Shown here: one piece after another, positions 37,307-50,445 of the stretch
How the letters are laid out: each line of letters starts with the position of its first letter
Position numbering within the stretch: position 1 is the first letter of the stretch
Assembly (NCBI RefSeq): GCF_003918875.1
Contig: NW_025766968.1
Span: 5,642,001 to 5,706,000, forward strand
Length of the DNA: 64,000 bases
DNA from: Haliotis rubra
Taxonomy: Eukaryota
Direction: 5' to 3'
Translations under genes and position numbers: made by a program
Notes under the pieces: generated by a model
What the model was told of the DNA's origin: nothing
The model's input: the letters and a program-made list of their open reading frames with translations, nothing else
Database searches by the model: none

Positions 37307-37661
37307 TTATGACACGTCACTTTTCACGGATCTGCTCAGACGTTTCTCACACTCCTCGATAACCAACGCTACAATGTCATCAACGCTGATGTCAATGGAA
37401 ACAGTTACAGCCTCTTCAGACTTGTCTGGTTCTTCTAGTAGAGCCAGCTGTGAATCCAGGAGAGATACTGGCATAAAGTGTCCCGAACGACCTTCCATAC
37501 GTTTAATAATGAGGTCACGGTCTCCCTTCAAATATACAAACAGAACAGGAAGCTTCTCAGCACCTTTGTCAGCAGTTACCTCCCCTGAAGTGAGAATCCC
37601 CCGATACATTTTCTTCAGTGCAGAACATGTGACCACTCCATTGTTTCCTTCTGTGTTTAAC
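37307..37661 (-). CDS. IDNK: Gluconokinase exon 5 (last)
   Basis: VVTCSALKKMYR...R(SG)HFMPVSLLDSQLALLEEP; the five exons sum to 555 nt (184 aa plus stop). Confidence 0.92.
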
Positions 37662-38454
37662 CTGTGGAGGAAGTGATGGACTGTTGACTTAAATAAACAG
37701 CATATAACTGTTTCAGTGAAATTTGGGGTGATGGGGTACCTTAGCTCAAAATGCTGAACCATTGTTTTATTACTTCCTTCATAGGTCCAGTGGGTGAAGT
37801 CGCTTTCAGATGTCCCCTGGGGTGATATTGCTGTAATATATAAATAAAATACTAAACGATGTCCCGTGTAATACTATATTTATGGAATGAGTGAATGTCT
37901 TGGTACCAATACCATTCACGAGTGTCATGTATGGTATTATAAGGGACATGTTATTACTTATTACTCACCCAACATTAGCACATTGTTTAGTATTTTATTG
38001 ACTACTGAGTTTGGGTTTACCAACATTAGCAAATTCCATATAAATATCACCAGAATTCACAGCTTACAGAACAAGCTTTACATTATGCCATTATAACAGG
38101 GGTCATGCACATTGATGATTGTCAACATTCGCTATTTAATCTGAGTTATCAAAAATAAACACGCAGGTATGAAAATGGGACCCAATGACTTCAAACAACA
38201 TATCACTTTTTTTCACATAAATGCTATTACACGCAACCGAGCAAAGAAAAGTTTAAACATCTTTACTACGAAATGCAAAGAGTGCATTACGCCTGAACAC
38301 CTGGGTCACGCAAGTGCAAATAGTTCCAGCAGCACACAATGTTATTACACAATTTGTAATAACATTGTAGGATTTATTAAAGGGTGGTATCTCCAACAGG
38401 TGGGTAATGAACGAGGGACTTCAATATGAGCTCCAGTAGCTATAATTACTGTAT

Positions 38455-38681
38455 AGACTGAGACACTCAGCAATATTCCAGCTATATGGCAGCAGTCTGT
38501 AAACAAACAAGTCTGGACCAGACAATCCAGTGATCAACAGCATGAGCATCGATCTACACAATTGGGATACGATGACATGTGTCAACCAAGTCAACGAGCC
38601 TGACCACCTGATCCCATTAGTCACTTCTTACAACAAGCATGGGTTACTGAAGATCAGTTCTAGCACACATCTTCACGGGTC
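38455..38681 (-). mobile_element. SINE-like family C
   Basis: Near full-length family match ending cttcacgggtc; partial copies also near 16800, 29600, 34610, 38700 and 41850. Confidence 0.85.
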
Positions 38682-38932
38682 AGGGTAGGTTACAAGCAAC
38701 CTATGCTAGTCACAAGAGGCGATCAATGGGAACGACAGGCAGTCTTGGAGACTTAATAGTTATACCTTTACATCAGTCACTGTATGGTCCAGACTTCATT
38801 ATTTACATATCGTTGCCATGTAACTGGAATACTGTTGACTGTGGCATTCGATAACAAACAAACAAAACAACACAAAAGATAGACATTGAGTATGAAGAGT
38901 GTTTAAATACAATTTTCAGTAACAGTACTTAC

Positions 38933-38976
38933 GTTTTAATGTATTGGTGGATGGATGTCAACCAGGGAATTCGGTC
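38933..38976 (-). CDS. IDNK: Gluconokinase exon 4
   Basis: DRIPWLTSIHQYIK; ttgcag and gtaagt borders, phase 2. Confidence 0.9.
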
Positions 38977-39107
38977 CTGCAAAAAACAATTCTTTATCAA
39001 CATTCTCACATAAGTGAGTGAGTGAGCTGGGTTAAATCCAGCTTTGAACAGTTTTCAGTTATATCACTGTGTGTCAGTATAAACCATGCCAGAGACTATA
39101 CATCAAC

Positions 39108-40183
39108 AGTCTCTGAACACAGATTCTGAACACACTGGTCTCTGAAGACAAGCTCTGAACACACAGGTCTCTGAACATAGATTCTGAACACACTGGTCTC
39201 TGACGACAGGCTCTGAACACACTAGTCGCAGAACACACTGGTCTCTGAACACAGATTCTGAACACATTGGTCTCTGAACATAGATTCTGAACACACCGGT
39301 CTCTGAACACACTGGTCTCTGAACACACTAGTCTCTGAACACACTAGTCTCTGAAGACACCGGTCTCTGAACACACTAGTCTCTGAACACACTAGTCTCT
39401 GAACATCTCTGAACACACTGGTCTCTGAACACACTGGTCTCTGAACATACTGGTCTCTGACGACAGACTCTGAACACACTATTCTCTGAAAACACTGGTC
39501 TCTGAACACACCGGTCTCTGAACACACTGGTCTCTGAACACACTGGTCTCTGAACACACTGGTCTCTGAAAACACAGGTCTCTGAAGACAGAGCTGACAG
39601 ACTCTGAACACACTAGTCTCTGACGACAGACTCTGAACACACTGCTCTCTGAACACACTGGTCTCTGAACACACTGGTCTCTGAACACACTGGTCTCTGA
39701 ACACACTGGTCTCTGAACACACTGGTCTCTGAACACACTGGTCTCTGAACACACTGGTCTCTGAACACACTGGTCTCTGAACACACTGGTCTCTGAACAC
39801 ACTGGTCTCTGAACACACTGGTCTCTGTACACACTAGTCTCTGAACACACTGGTCTCTGAACACACTGGTCTCTGAACACACTGGTCTCTGAACACACTG
39901 GTCTCTGAACACACTGGTCTCTGAACACACTGCTCTCTGAACACACTGGTCTCTGAACACACTGGTCTCTGAACACACTAGTCTCTGAACACACTGGTCT
40001 CTGAACACACTGCTCTCTGAACACACTAGTCTCTGAACACACTGGTCTCTGAACACACTAGTCTCTGATCACACCGGTCTCTTGACGACAGACTCTGAAC
40101 ACACTAGTCTCTGAACATACTGGTCTCTGCAACACACTGGTCTCTGAAGGCAGACACTGAATACACTGCTCTCTGAACACACT
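39108..40183. repeat. 16-bp minisatellite in IDNK intron 3
   Basis: Unit ctctgaacacactggt; homogeneous core about 39650-40060 with degenerate edges. Confidence 0.95.
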
Positions 40184-40412
40184 ACTCTGATTGTAGCTAA
40201 TGATTGCTACGATCGCTTTGAGGAACAGGGCCCAGATCAGTTGTAAGCCCTACGATCAACTTTATAATTATCGTAAATAATAATATATTGTCGTTCCTGA
40301 AAGCTATTGTAAGGGAATTGTAAGTATCGCAATTGTAATTCTTTCGATCGTAAATTACAATCGTGATCTCCTGTGCGAAAGTTAGAAATAATTGCTTTGA
40401 GGAATAGGGCCC

Positions 40413-41761
40413 GGGCCCACTTGCACAGAACGATCTTAGCGCTACAATTATTGTTAATCTTTAAGATCGCGATCTTAGGCTTCGGCTGCAATCGCCATCC
40501 ACTTGCACAAAGCGATTGTAGGCTAAAATCATTGTAAGTTACAATCTAAACCTACAGTTGGTCCGGACCAATTGTAAGGAGCTGAGATCATTGTAGTCTG
40601 TGTAAAATTGCGTTCAAGTTAGTCACTGTTGCACGCAAATAATCAGCTTTATGTTTGGAGATTGCTTTTAAATTGCATAAAACTGTATGATTCGTTCAAC
40701 AACACGGAGAACGCACCACCGATTTAAGGTCAGATACACCGTTATTTGCGGTAGTGAACTACATAACTATCGAGTCGATATCATAATGTACTATCCCCAC
40801 TCGGTTCAGTGTTGGAAGATGTGTGAAACAACATACCTTTTGGATAGAAACGAAAGGTGTCTGCATTTGAATAGTAATGGCCGTGACCTTTTCAATAACT
40901 CAAGGGCAGCTAATCTTAGTTTTACGCAAGATGGGAGTGGTTTCTCTTGGTATGTTATGTCATGCTCTGCCATGTCCAATGCATTAAAGTTGGAGATCTC
41001 CACATATATTTTTCCCGGTCACATTTGTGTCTTTGAATTTGTCTTAGTTTATAATTAAAATAATCTACAATGAGATAACGCGCAAAATCAAGTTTCTTTC
41101 TCTCATTTTAAATATAAAATTGAGTCGGACGAGAGACGAGGGTTTTAATCTATGCATTTTAGATATAATACAAGTATTCATCAAACAGGAAAATACACTT
41201 GCTAATGCATTTGAAATTTGTGTAAAAAGGAATTTCACAATAAGAAAAAATAATTATTAAGTCACTAAATCTAGACCCAAATTTATTACTTTTTTTTTTC
41301 TTGTAATTCAATATTTTCAAAAATCACAGGTTAGGTATTTCTGGGAGTTGCAATGTCTTTGTTCATAAATCAAGACAGTTAGAATGTAGAAAAATGTGTG
41401 TTATCTTCCACATAATCTTTTCCTTCAAACATTTGTGGGATTTTTTTTCATGAAAATTCTGCAAGGTGCGATTGAGGGAGGTATGTGTTGTGTGCAGTAA
41501 CCAGTTCCACTCTTTATTTGCGCAGCATGTTATGCGCACTTGCAGACAACTGTAGACAGGAGTCGAGTTCAAGAAATTCCTACCTCCACCGTTGAATAGT
41601 TCGATCTTAGTCAAGATCGCGATCTTAAATCCATGCCGTCTTACAATCACGCTAAGATCAGCTTTGTGCAAGTGGATTAGGGCAATTGTATGGTGATTGT
41701 AAAGTTGATTGTAGGGGCCTAAGATTGATTGTAACTAAGATTGCTTTGTGCAAGTGGGCCC
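40413..41761. mobile_element. PIF/Harbinger-like element with GGGCCC termini
   Basis: TIR gggcccacttgcaca...cttag at both ends, repeated sub-terminally; related ends of other elements at about 40232 and 40412. Confidence 0.75.
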
Positions 41762-42391
41762 TGGAACCCACTATGTTCTAAGGTGTAATGTCATCATTAC
41801 AAGCTTATGTCACCGCTTTTCTACTTTTACAAAAAGATAAAGGGTAAGCTCCATTTGGTTGGTTTGTTGTATGACACTGTCTGTAATTAATGTGCCAGAC
41901 AATCCAGTGATTGAACATCAATATATTCAACTGGGATACAATAAACAAGTCAGCGAGCCTGACCACCTGATCGTGTTTGCTACATCTTATGACAAGCATG
42001 GGTTGCTGTGGACCAGTTCTAACCCTGATCGTATCGTATGACAATATGCTTCTTTAAGTTTATTCATGATCCTTTCACATCTAAACCTGGTCTCTAGTAG
42101 CTTTTCATAAATAAGCACAGCTGACAGAATTTTGAAGACAACTTATACTGTTTATACCAGGAAGTTTTGTACATGCTATGCCACATCTGAGGGGAATCTA
42201 GCACTCATCATACATTTAGGTCAAGGCCATAAGAGGTCACACAGTTCATAAGAAATCAATTTCAGTTATGTACATTTATTGCCATAAAAGAAATAAAACA
42301 CAAAAAAATATTTTTCCTAGGATTGGAAAATAATAATTATGAAAAAGCACTTTTGAAACAGTTGGTAGCCTATGTGTCGGTCTCCACCCAC

Positions 42392-42478
42392 CTCGTCTGT
42401 AAGTGGTATAGACTTGCCCATCTTCACCTTGTTGGCCTCAGGATGGAAATCATCAGCATCAGCAAACTGCCACTGCAG
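42392..42478 (-). CDS. IDNK: Gluconokinase exon 3
   Basis: [29 protein letters not shown], the typical gluconokinase motif; AG/GT borders. Confidence 0.92.
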
Positions 42479-43131
42479 CTACAAGCCAGATGGAGGGAGA
42501 TTTTACTCACCTTCAAACAGTTACAGTCAACTTTCTAAAACCGGGCTTTCCGTAAAGGAAATGATGAATCAGTTATTCATTGTGCATCTACATAAACAAG
42601 GTATAGAGACGCTGTAGCTTTCCTCAGTGTCTGGTTACTGGAGGTTACATTATTAAAAATATAGAGCATGAAAGGTTAGTGAGTGAGATGAGCAAACACA
42701 TTAACCACTAGGCTACCCCACCACCCCTCATGAAGGGTTAAAACTTGAGATGTACGAAAGCACCACCTCTGTTAGGACACCTGCAAATTACATGATATAT
42801 AAACTTACAACTGTGTTTTCTTTGTTAGTGAACACTAGTCAGCAAGATTCTAGCTGTACCACTGTGACTGATAAAAAAAGTCAAACCAGTGGTCGATGTC
42901 ATGAAGTCAATGTTCCACAAGTAAAATACCACAACCAGCCAGGTTACAAAGTTTGACCAGCAGATCCAGTCTAGTCACCTACCATAACAAAAATCCTTTG
43001 GACTGACACCAACCCACATCTCCTGAGCAATAAGAAACATGGCATCATGATGGCTGCTTGTACCACAGTTCATTGATACATTGTTACACATAACAACACT
43101 TGGTTTTCTAGGCATACTGTTTGTATTTTAC

Positions 43132-43162
43132 CTTTTTAGCCATGGCTTTTCCTACTGTGGTT
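43132..43162 (-). CDS. IDNK: Gluconokinase exon 2 (31 nt)
   Basis: (K)TTVGKAMAKK; tttcag and gtaaaa borders; restores phase 0. Confidence 0.85.
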
Positions 43163-43875
43163 CTGAAAGTGGCAAAAAGAACAATAGCAAGTTCAATGGT
43201 AGTATCACTCACATTTCACGGCCATGACAGAGTAACTATTGCCAAATAATAGATCGGCCATGACAGAGTAACTATTGCCAAATAATAGATCAGCTGTCTC
43301 TTAACATCATTTGAATAGAATATATATCCAATATCAAACAAAACCTGCAACAAAAAATCCCTAAATTACATTCACCATCAGCCAGAAGCAGTGAAATACT
43401 TTCATCATATATTTTTACCTACTGAATTACTATTTTTATAAATGACAATAGATACATGATCTACTGGCAGGAACACCAAATTAGCAATGTGTGTACACTT
43501 GCACAAGTTTCTAAGGTAAATATCAATAGTTTAAATGATTATTTCTAAAACAATAATAAATAACAGACTGGGGTCCTGTACTGTCCCCATATCTAGACTT
43601 GCCTCTTTAAAGGATAGAATTACTATACATGAATGGACTTAGCATTCAGTACAGCCTTGGAGCAAGGCTACAATGTGTAAAATTCTAATCGTTTGACTTG
43701 TTTAAGGAAGAGATCATGCCTTTTAACAGCTGGAAATATATACTTAGCAAGATGACAAACAAGACTACATTGTAAGCTGAGGGAAGGTGGAGGATGAGTA
43801 GGTTTGGAATGGAACGTAGGTAAGTGTCGAGTGTAGGTGTGGAGAGGTTAGCAGGTGGTTCAATTATCATTTGAG

Positions 43876-44031
43876 TGAGTGAGTATGGTTTTACGCTGCT
43901 TTTTAGCAATATTCCAGCAATATCACGGCGGGGGACACCACAAATGGGCTTCACACATTGTATCCATGTGGGGACCCGGGTCTTCGGCGTGATGAGCGGG
44001 ACGCTTTAACCACAAGGCTACCCCACCGCCC
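43876..44031 (-). mobile_element. SINE family B with TSD
   Basis: 15-bp TSD caatta(t/c)catttgag (43861-43875 and 44032-44046). Confidence 0.88.
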
Positions 44032-46471
44032 CAATTACCATTTGAGGGCAGAAAGTCTTAAACAACCATAGAAGGGGCAATCCAACCAAAAATGGTTCTC
44101 TGATCTTTATGTACAGGTTACACAAACAGGGCAGTGTCTCTTCTCTACAGTGACCCATCATACTTCCTTTCTCTAACAGCAAATTATAACTAATTTTCCT
44201 TATACCATGTATTGTTTATCACTACTGTTTGCTATATTTCTGTAATATCATGGCTGGGAGCACTAAAACTAAGTTTCACACAATGTACCCATGTGGAGAA
44301 TTGAACCAAGGCCTAAGTTTATGAGAGAATGCTTTAACCTCTAGGCTACCCTATGCAATGTTCCTGAAAATTTTGGTTTGAGAAACAATCAGTACATTAT
44401 ACAAGAGATACTTTACAACAAGTTCAATATACAATTTGATGAAGAAAATTTCAAGGTTTTGGCAAAATTCTTGTAATCACCTCATTTCCTTTATACAAGT
44501 GTTCCACATGGGAATCTAATGAAGGGGAAGTAACTCTTACAATCCTATCATGCATACCTAGGTCTGGTATGTAAACTTCATTGCTGAAGACTTAATCATT
44601 TGAAAAAACATGCCTTTTTCACGTTTGTTGAAGCAAATTGTTACCACACATGTGTATGGATAATTAGGACAGCCACTGATATGCCTACATCATTATGTGT
44701 AAGATATATCAGTATGTGGATGGCTAACAGGAAGTTGGAGATTCTCCCATTTCAAACTTCCCACTATATTACAGTATGCTAATAGTATTTCATGTGAGCA
44801 GTGTGTGTGATACCTAGCATCAGTAAGATTATAGCACATGGGTCTTCCTGTATGAGAACTGCAATTCACTAAACCAACGACAAAATTAGACCAGAATATC
44901 AGCTGCATTTGCCAGCAAAACATACGTTTAGCTTTTTGCAACTGCTGAAAGATTGTATGAGGGAATGGGGATTATTTTTATCAAATGATGTTTTGAATAT
45001 GATTTCCTATATAATCAATTTATTATCGGTTTAAGTGCTATGAATCATGGTTGGTATAAATTCTGTGCTTTTTGTCAACTTAGCTTTCCATCTTTATTGT
45101 GAGATTGAAACTAAATCTCAGCATTTCTCTTATAGTCCGGCTTTTGAATTTCTGTTTTCAAAAATGAAAGCCTATCACTTTTCCCTAAGCTTTCCAACCC
45201 TGACTATGGAAGATGAAGAGCTCAATATTTACGTGTTAACTACATCCTACAATTTGTCACTATATTGTATATTGAAATTAATTTAAAAGAGTGATCAAGT
45301 TTAGTTTTACACCGCACTCATTTAAAAGAGGCATTTACATGTCAGTCTGATACTCTTAAGTCAAATATTGTTAAAATTAAATTTGTGTGCCCCATAAAAC
45401 AAAGATCGATAGAATCAGACCACCTGAATCAAACTGGTTTTTGGTTGTGGCATGAAACTTATTCATTCTTATCGTAAGTGAGTGAGTGAGTTAGTGAGTT
45501 TGGTTTTAACCTCCTTTCCGGGGGACACCAGAAATGCTTAAACCACTAGGCTATTCCTATTGTGAGTGCGTTAGGTTTAATGAAGCTTTAAACACTATTA
45601 GAGATTTATCGTGGCATGTTAGCTTAATGTGGGAGGAACGACTGAAGTAATACTGATTTCAGACATTTACCACTGTGGTACTGACAAACCAAGAAACATA
45701 AATGAAGTGAGTGGGATTCAAACTCATGACTCTCCCATAGTGGGTGAATGTCTAATACTGCAGTGAACAAACCCACACCATGTCAGGACCAGGGAGACGT
45801 GTAACTGAAGACATGGGCAGCAATCCACTAAACTACACACCACTAGCAGTCACAGGCAGTCAGCCCGGTCATAGGGCCTGATCACATTCGTCCTTCTGCT
45901 CCTTACTCCAATTTTCAATTCTTACTTTGGAGAACAGTCATTATGGGATGTAATTGTCACCTTACACCATAAATCTATTTATCTTATGTCTTGGTTCTTT
46001 GCAATAAAAACTCTTCATGGGCTGGTATCTAAACCTGCTTGTACCCAACGTCATCAGCAAATGTCAGTAAATAGTGAAACATTCCCAAATCATGTCAGTA
46101 CAGCTCATTATTGTGTCAAGTTGTTGTCTACTAATATCAGGACCCAATAATTAAATGACGACAAATAACATGTAGGTTTACCACCAAACAAGGGTTACAG
46201 CAAGAGAGTAGTAATCGCTGTATTGCATGAATGTCTGAAATAAAAACTTATGGGCTGACACTGTATTGCTTGAATGTTTGAAAAAGAAATTATGGGCTGA
46301 CACTGTTTTGAGGATACGAACGGATCAAACTTCATTGTTACACAAGAAATATATATAAGCGTTTGCTGTGTACTTAGTTAAAAACTGTATATACCTAAGT
46401 ACCTAAGTAAAATTTCAGAATGTTTTGGGCAATGGCAAAGTGGGGTTGTTTAGTTTATGGATTCAAATATA

Positions 46472-46892
46472 CTACCCATCAAAAGTTTAGACTCACTAGT
46501 GTAAATGTAGCCACTTACTTGTCCACTGTTCTAAACTAGCTTTTTGCAAAATATTCCATACTGTTTAAAGGTACTGTTTAGTTATGAACTGGTGTATTGT
46601 AAAACATATTCGTAACATTGAAAAGATTATTGTCATGAGTTCAGTAAATGATTAAAATCTGTGAAAATTGGCGAATTCTTAACAAAACTTTACACCAAAA
46701 CGCATCTGTTCACATGCACGACATTTGCTCATGCCTTTCGCAATTTGAAGCATCATCCTTGTGCAATTCATCTGCATAAGGTTTTCAGTTGGTTCCCCCA
46801 AGTTGGTGGAGAAATTCATCTTCGATGTAACCACATACATATACATAACATATAGTGAGTGCTTTAAGTGAGTCTAAACTTTTGATGGGTAG
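46472..46892. mobile_element. Tc1/mariner-type MITE
   Basis: Perfect 26-bp TIR ctacccatcaaaagtttagactcact; TA on both sides. Confidence 0.9.
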
Positions 46893-48011
46893 TATATATC
46901 AAATGTGTGTTTTTGATATCATAGCATACGTAGTACATATCATATTTTTTCATGATTAAATATCGAGGTAAAAAACACAGAAATACGATCAACTATTGGA
47001 TCAGTCACTATACCATCCAAACATTTGAAAATCTGAAAAAGCCTACACTTCTGGGATACTTTATTACAATCAGAAAAGGACTGTAGGGGATATTTTAAAA
47101 AAACGGCATCTGATGGGCATATCCACCCTTCCTAATGTCCCACTGATTAGGTTGAAGAAATTCTGCCAAGGTGGACAGTAGCCGAGTCCCCGTGTCCGTC
47201 AGGGTCAAGGGAGCAGGGGCTGACCAGTTTGCAGCTAGGTTTCGTAATTAGACTGTTGGCTGGAAACATTAATCGCTCTGGATCAGTGGCCCTTTAATGT
47301 TGAAAGGTCTCTAAATCTAAGGAAATAGAAAGTCTGAAGTTTGCACAAAACGACAATTTTATGGCCCAGTTTGCATGCCAACTTCTTATTTTGAAATCCA
47401 AGATACCTCCCTTGCATATGTGTACAGGTTACAATCAGTGCCTGAAATTGGGTGCAAATGAGATATGGTGTGAATAATTTGGTTAATTATCAGTTACTTC
47501 TAGATTGGTGTGGGTTGTTAAACTCTTAGCAGCAAATATGAGTTCATTGTTATTCAGATGACTTTTGTAAAACTGTAAATTGGTCCAAACTTTATTTACA
47601 CCTTATTCCTAGTATAACATGTGGAGGACAAATAGGTCACAGTGTTTAGTACCCAAGTACTTTAGTGACTTATCAAAACTGTTAAAGTTTTTGTTATAAA
47701 TATTCCGAATCATTTCAGTGACTGTGCACATTTCCAAATTGTACCATATATACGAAAAAATATGGAGTCGATTATTCATGACAAACACCTCGTACTGCGA
47801 TGACCTTATACTACCAGCATGCGCGTGGATAGCGTGCGCAACGTGCTCACAGAACCATTACTTGTCCATTAATCCTGATTGACACTGTGCGGTACATGCG
47901 GAGAAATCGTGCTCAGTGGAATATTGAGTGATTTGACAGCTGCGCTACAGCTTCCGCGCACGTTGCGTCACCATCGCTGCAGCACGTGCACTTGAGTTGT
48001 ATATTACATAC

Positions 48012-48049
48012 TTGCCACACCCACAAACCCCCATAATGATTAAAATCAT
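48012..48049 (-). CDS. IDNK: Gluconokinase exon 1 (start of P-loop)
   Basis: MILIIMGVCGCG-K, donor gtatgt, phase 2; completes Walker A GxxGxGKTT with exon 2. Confidence 0.88.
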
Positions 48050-48532
48050 GGTGCTATCTCTGCCTCTTCTATGGTAGTCTATTTCAGCCTGTCGTGGTTG
48101 TCTGTTCAAGGCCGTAGATGCAGTAGACTACCTGAGCCTGTTTACCACGTGTTACATTCCGGAATCCGTCTCAAAACGAGGCAAATGCCGCACAAAAAAC
48201 TAAACGCATCGCATATCTGTGTTCACCAATACATTAGAGACAAATACAATGTATATTAGATAACAACGTGCCAAATATATCGTACACTGTTAAAATTTAA
48301 CGGCAAGAGCACTGGCACCTCAAACTCAGCTGATAATCGGCTCGAGCGTGCCGTGGAGCACCTGCCGTGACCGTTGACCCTTGACCTAGCTGAGTCATGT
48401 GACCTGCTTCGCTCTCCATCTTGAAACAAGGTTGGAGATTCATCGACAACTTGGATGCGGTAGCCAGCCTTGCTTTTCTTCTCTCTCTCGCGACAGCATC
48501 TTTTGTGTGGATTGTTCACAAAACCGGATAAA
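48050..48532. promoter_or_regulatory. Probable bidirectional promoter between IDNK and the FERM gene
   Basis: 483 bp between divergent ATGs; CpG-enriched relative to flanks; motif cluster at 48368-48405. Confidence 0.6.
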
Positions 48533-48631
48533 ATGTTCCGGAAAAGAAGTACGAAGGGTGAAGTTCAAACGGAATACTCATGTAGTATCCGTTTTCTGGA
48601 CGATTCGGAACCAATTCAACTAAATTTCAAG
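48533..48631 (+). CDS. First coding exon of a FERM-domain protein (FRMD3/FRMD5-like)
   Basis: MFRKRSTKGEVQTEYSCSIRFLDDSEPIQLNFK resembles the FERM F1 start of FRMD5 (EYSCTVRLLDDSE, recalled); strong donor AAG|gtatgt at 48632, phase 0; no second exon found before 64000. Confidence 0.75.
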
Positions 48632-50285
48632 GTATGTAACTGTTCACTGACAGAGTGCAACTGTGCATTGAGCAGATGTTTACCGGTGCTATTTAGTAAA
48701 CAAAGGCAAGGCTTTAGTGGTCTTTGAAACTGACAACACCCATCTTCACACTGTTTTACGTAGCGTTACACTGTGCAATTATCAATATCTTCACCCCGAT
48801 CAAAGACGCTTTCAAACGGCCTTGTATGGATATGCACACACCAATTTCAATTTGAGGCGCGATTTCGTTAACAGTGGTAATCGCTCTTCAAAGAAATCTA
48901 ACGGGCTGCGCCTTGGCGTTTTGCAGAAATGTGTGCATTTGCTAGGGACGTCACATCTGCAAGCAAACTAGCTAACGAAATTGTTTTTCACGGCCTGTGA
49001 ACATTCAGGCCAGTCTGAAAGTTTTAGAATAAGTCAAATACGCACAGTAGTTGTAGTGTATCCGAGTGTAACGGTGCACTGTTATGTTTTCACCGTAACT
49101 GTAGCAGAGGCTATCTTTCGGGACTGATATTCCAAAACAATGCAGGAACATTTCTATAGGTGCAACATTGTTAAACACTAAACAGTATTCTTTCTTCACT
49201 TCCTAATATAGTTTACATGTTATTTGATGCAGTTCTATGTGTTAAAGGATATTTTTGCCAATAGGTTTGTCATTACTCTTTCACTGAATTTTATAAACCA
49301 ATGTACTGTTGCTTCTAAATAAGGTTAAATTAAGAATTCCCAATCAGTATAACAACTTGTAACAGTGTACATTAACATGGTTTGAAACTACTGTTCTCTA
49401 GGTCTATCAAGATAACATTGTTTGAATTTATACTCTCTTATTGATTGAAACCTGAGTCAGAAATTCATTGCACACATAGATTAATTGCACGCTGCAGTGA
49501 TAAAATGCTGTTATACTGTAAATAGCTTTGGCTACTTGGACACATTAACCATAGTCTGAAACTAACATGATACAGGTAAACTTGATTTCAGTTAGGTAAT
49601 ACATTGTTATTTACAGTTTCTCTAAATCATCTGAAACATATTTTAATGATGTGAGCCTCAAGTGTTTGGGCACCATTGTTTGGCTAAATATCTTCATGTA
49701 TCATTCCTGTATATATGTTCACCTGTACACCAGTACCCAGATTTAGATGAGACAAAGGTTTAGCTATCCTTCTGCTCCGTGTGAGACAGAGATATGCAAT
49801 ATGTCCCCTATGAACTTTGATACCCCCAGATATCATCCCTCTTGAAAAGTAGACGGTAAAATGTTTAAGACTATTTAAAGACTATTAGTGGATATTCCAT
49901 GCATCAATGTGACATGAACAATCACATTTATTCGTTCTCTGTTTGATCATGTCTATTAATCTTTAAATAGGCTTTGTATTGTAAACAACAGGAATAGGAT
50001 ATTTATACTTTAAATTATAACCACTGAACTAAAGGAAGTGACATGTTTTTCTGTTCATTGATATTTTCTTATCATAGAGGATAAAAGTGTTTGTGCCTTC
50101 CTTTTATACCAGTAACCATGCTCAATATTATCCTGTGGTCTAGGAAATATATCCCACAGCACTACAATTGTAAGTCATCCATATCATTTTGTGGTTAGGT
50201 ACACATCCGCATACAAAAGGCCAGACACAGTTAGTGCAAGACATTTCCAGAACAATGCCAGTGGAATATTTGTCAAATAGTTAAT

Positions 50286-50445
50286 GGGCGTGGGGGTAGT
50301 CTAGTGGTTAAAGCGTTGGCTCGTCACGCCGAAGACCCGGGTTTGAATCCCCACATGGGTACAATGAGTGAAGCCCATTTCTGGTGTCCCCCGCCGTGAT
50401 ATTGCTGGAATATTGCTAAAAGCGGCGTAAAACCAAACTCAGTCA
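50286..50445 (+). mobile_element. SINE family B, young full-length copy
   Basis: Perfect 14-bp TSD gtcaaatagttaat (50272-50285 and 50446-50459). Confidence 0.92.

Noticed and set aside
37662-37762. N-terminal part of the 151-aa ORF
   Set aside because: Intronic read-through; gluconokinase similarity starts at the acceptor at 37661.
39074-40056. Cys-rich repeat proteins
   Set aside because: Translations of a 16-bp minisatellite in all three frames; no gene structure.
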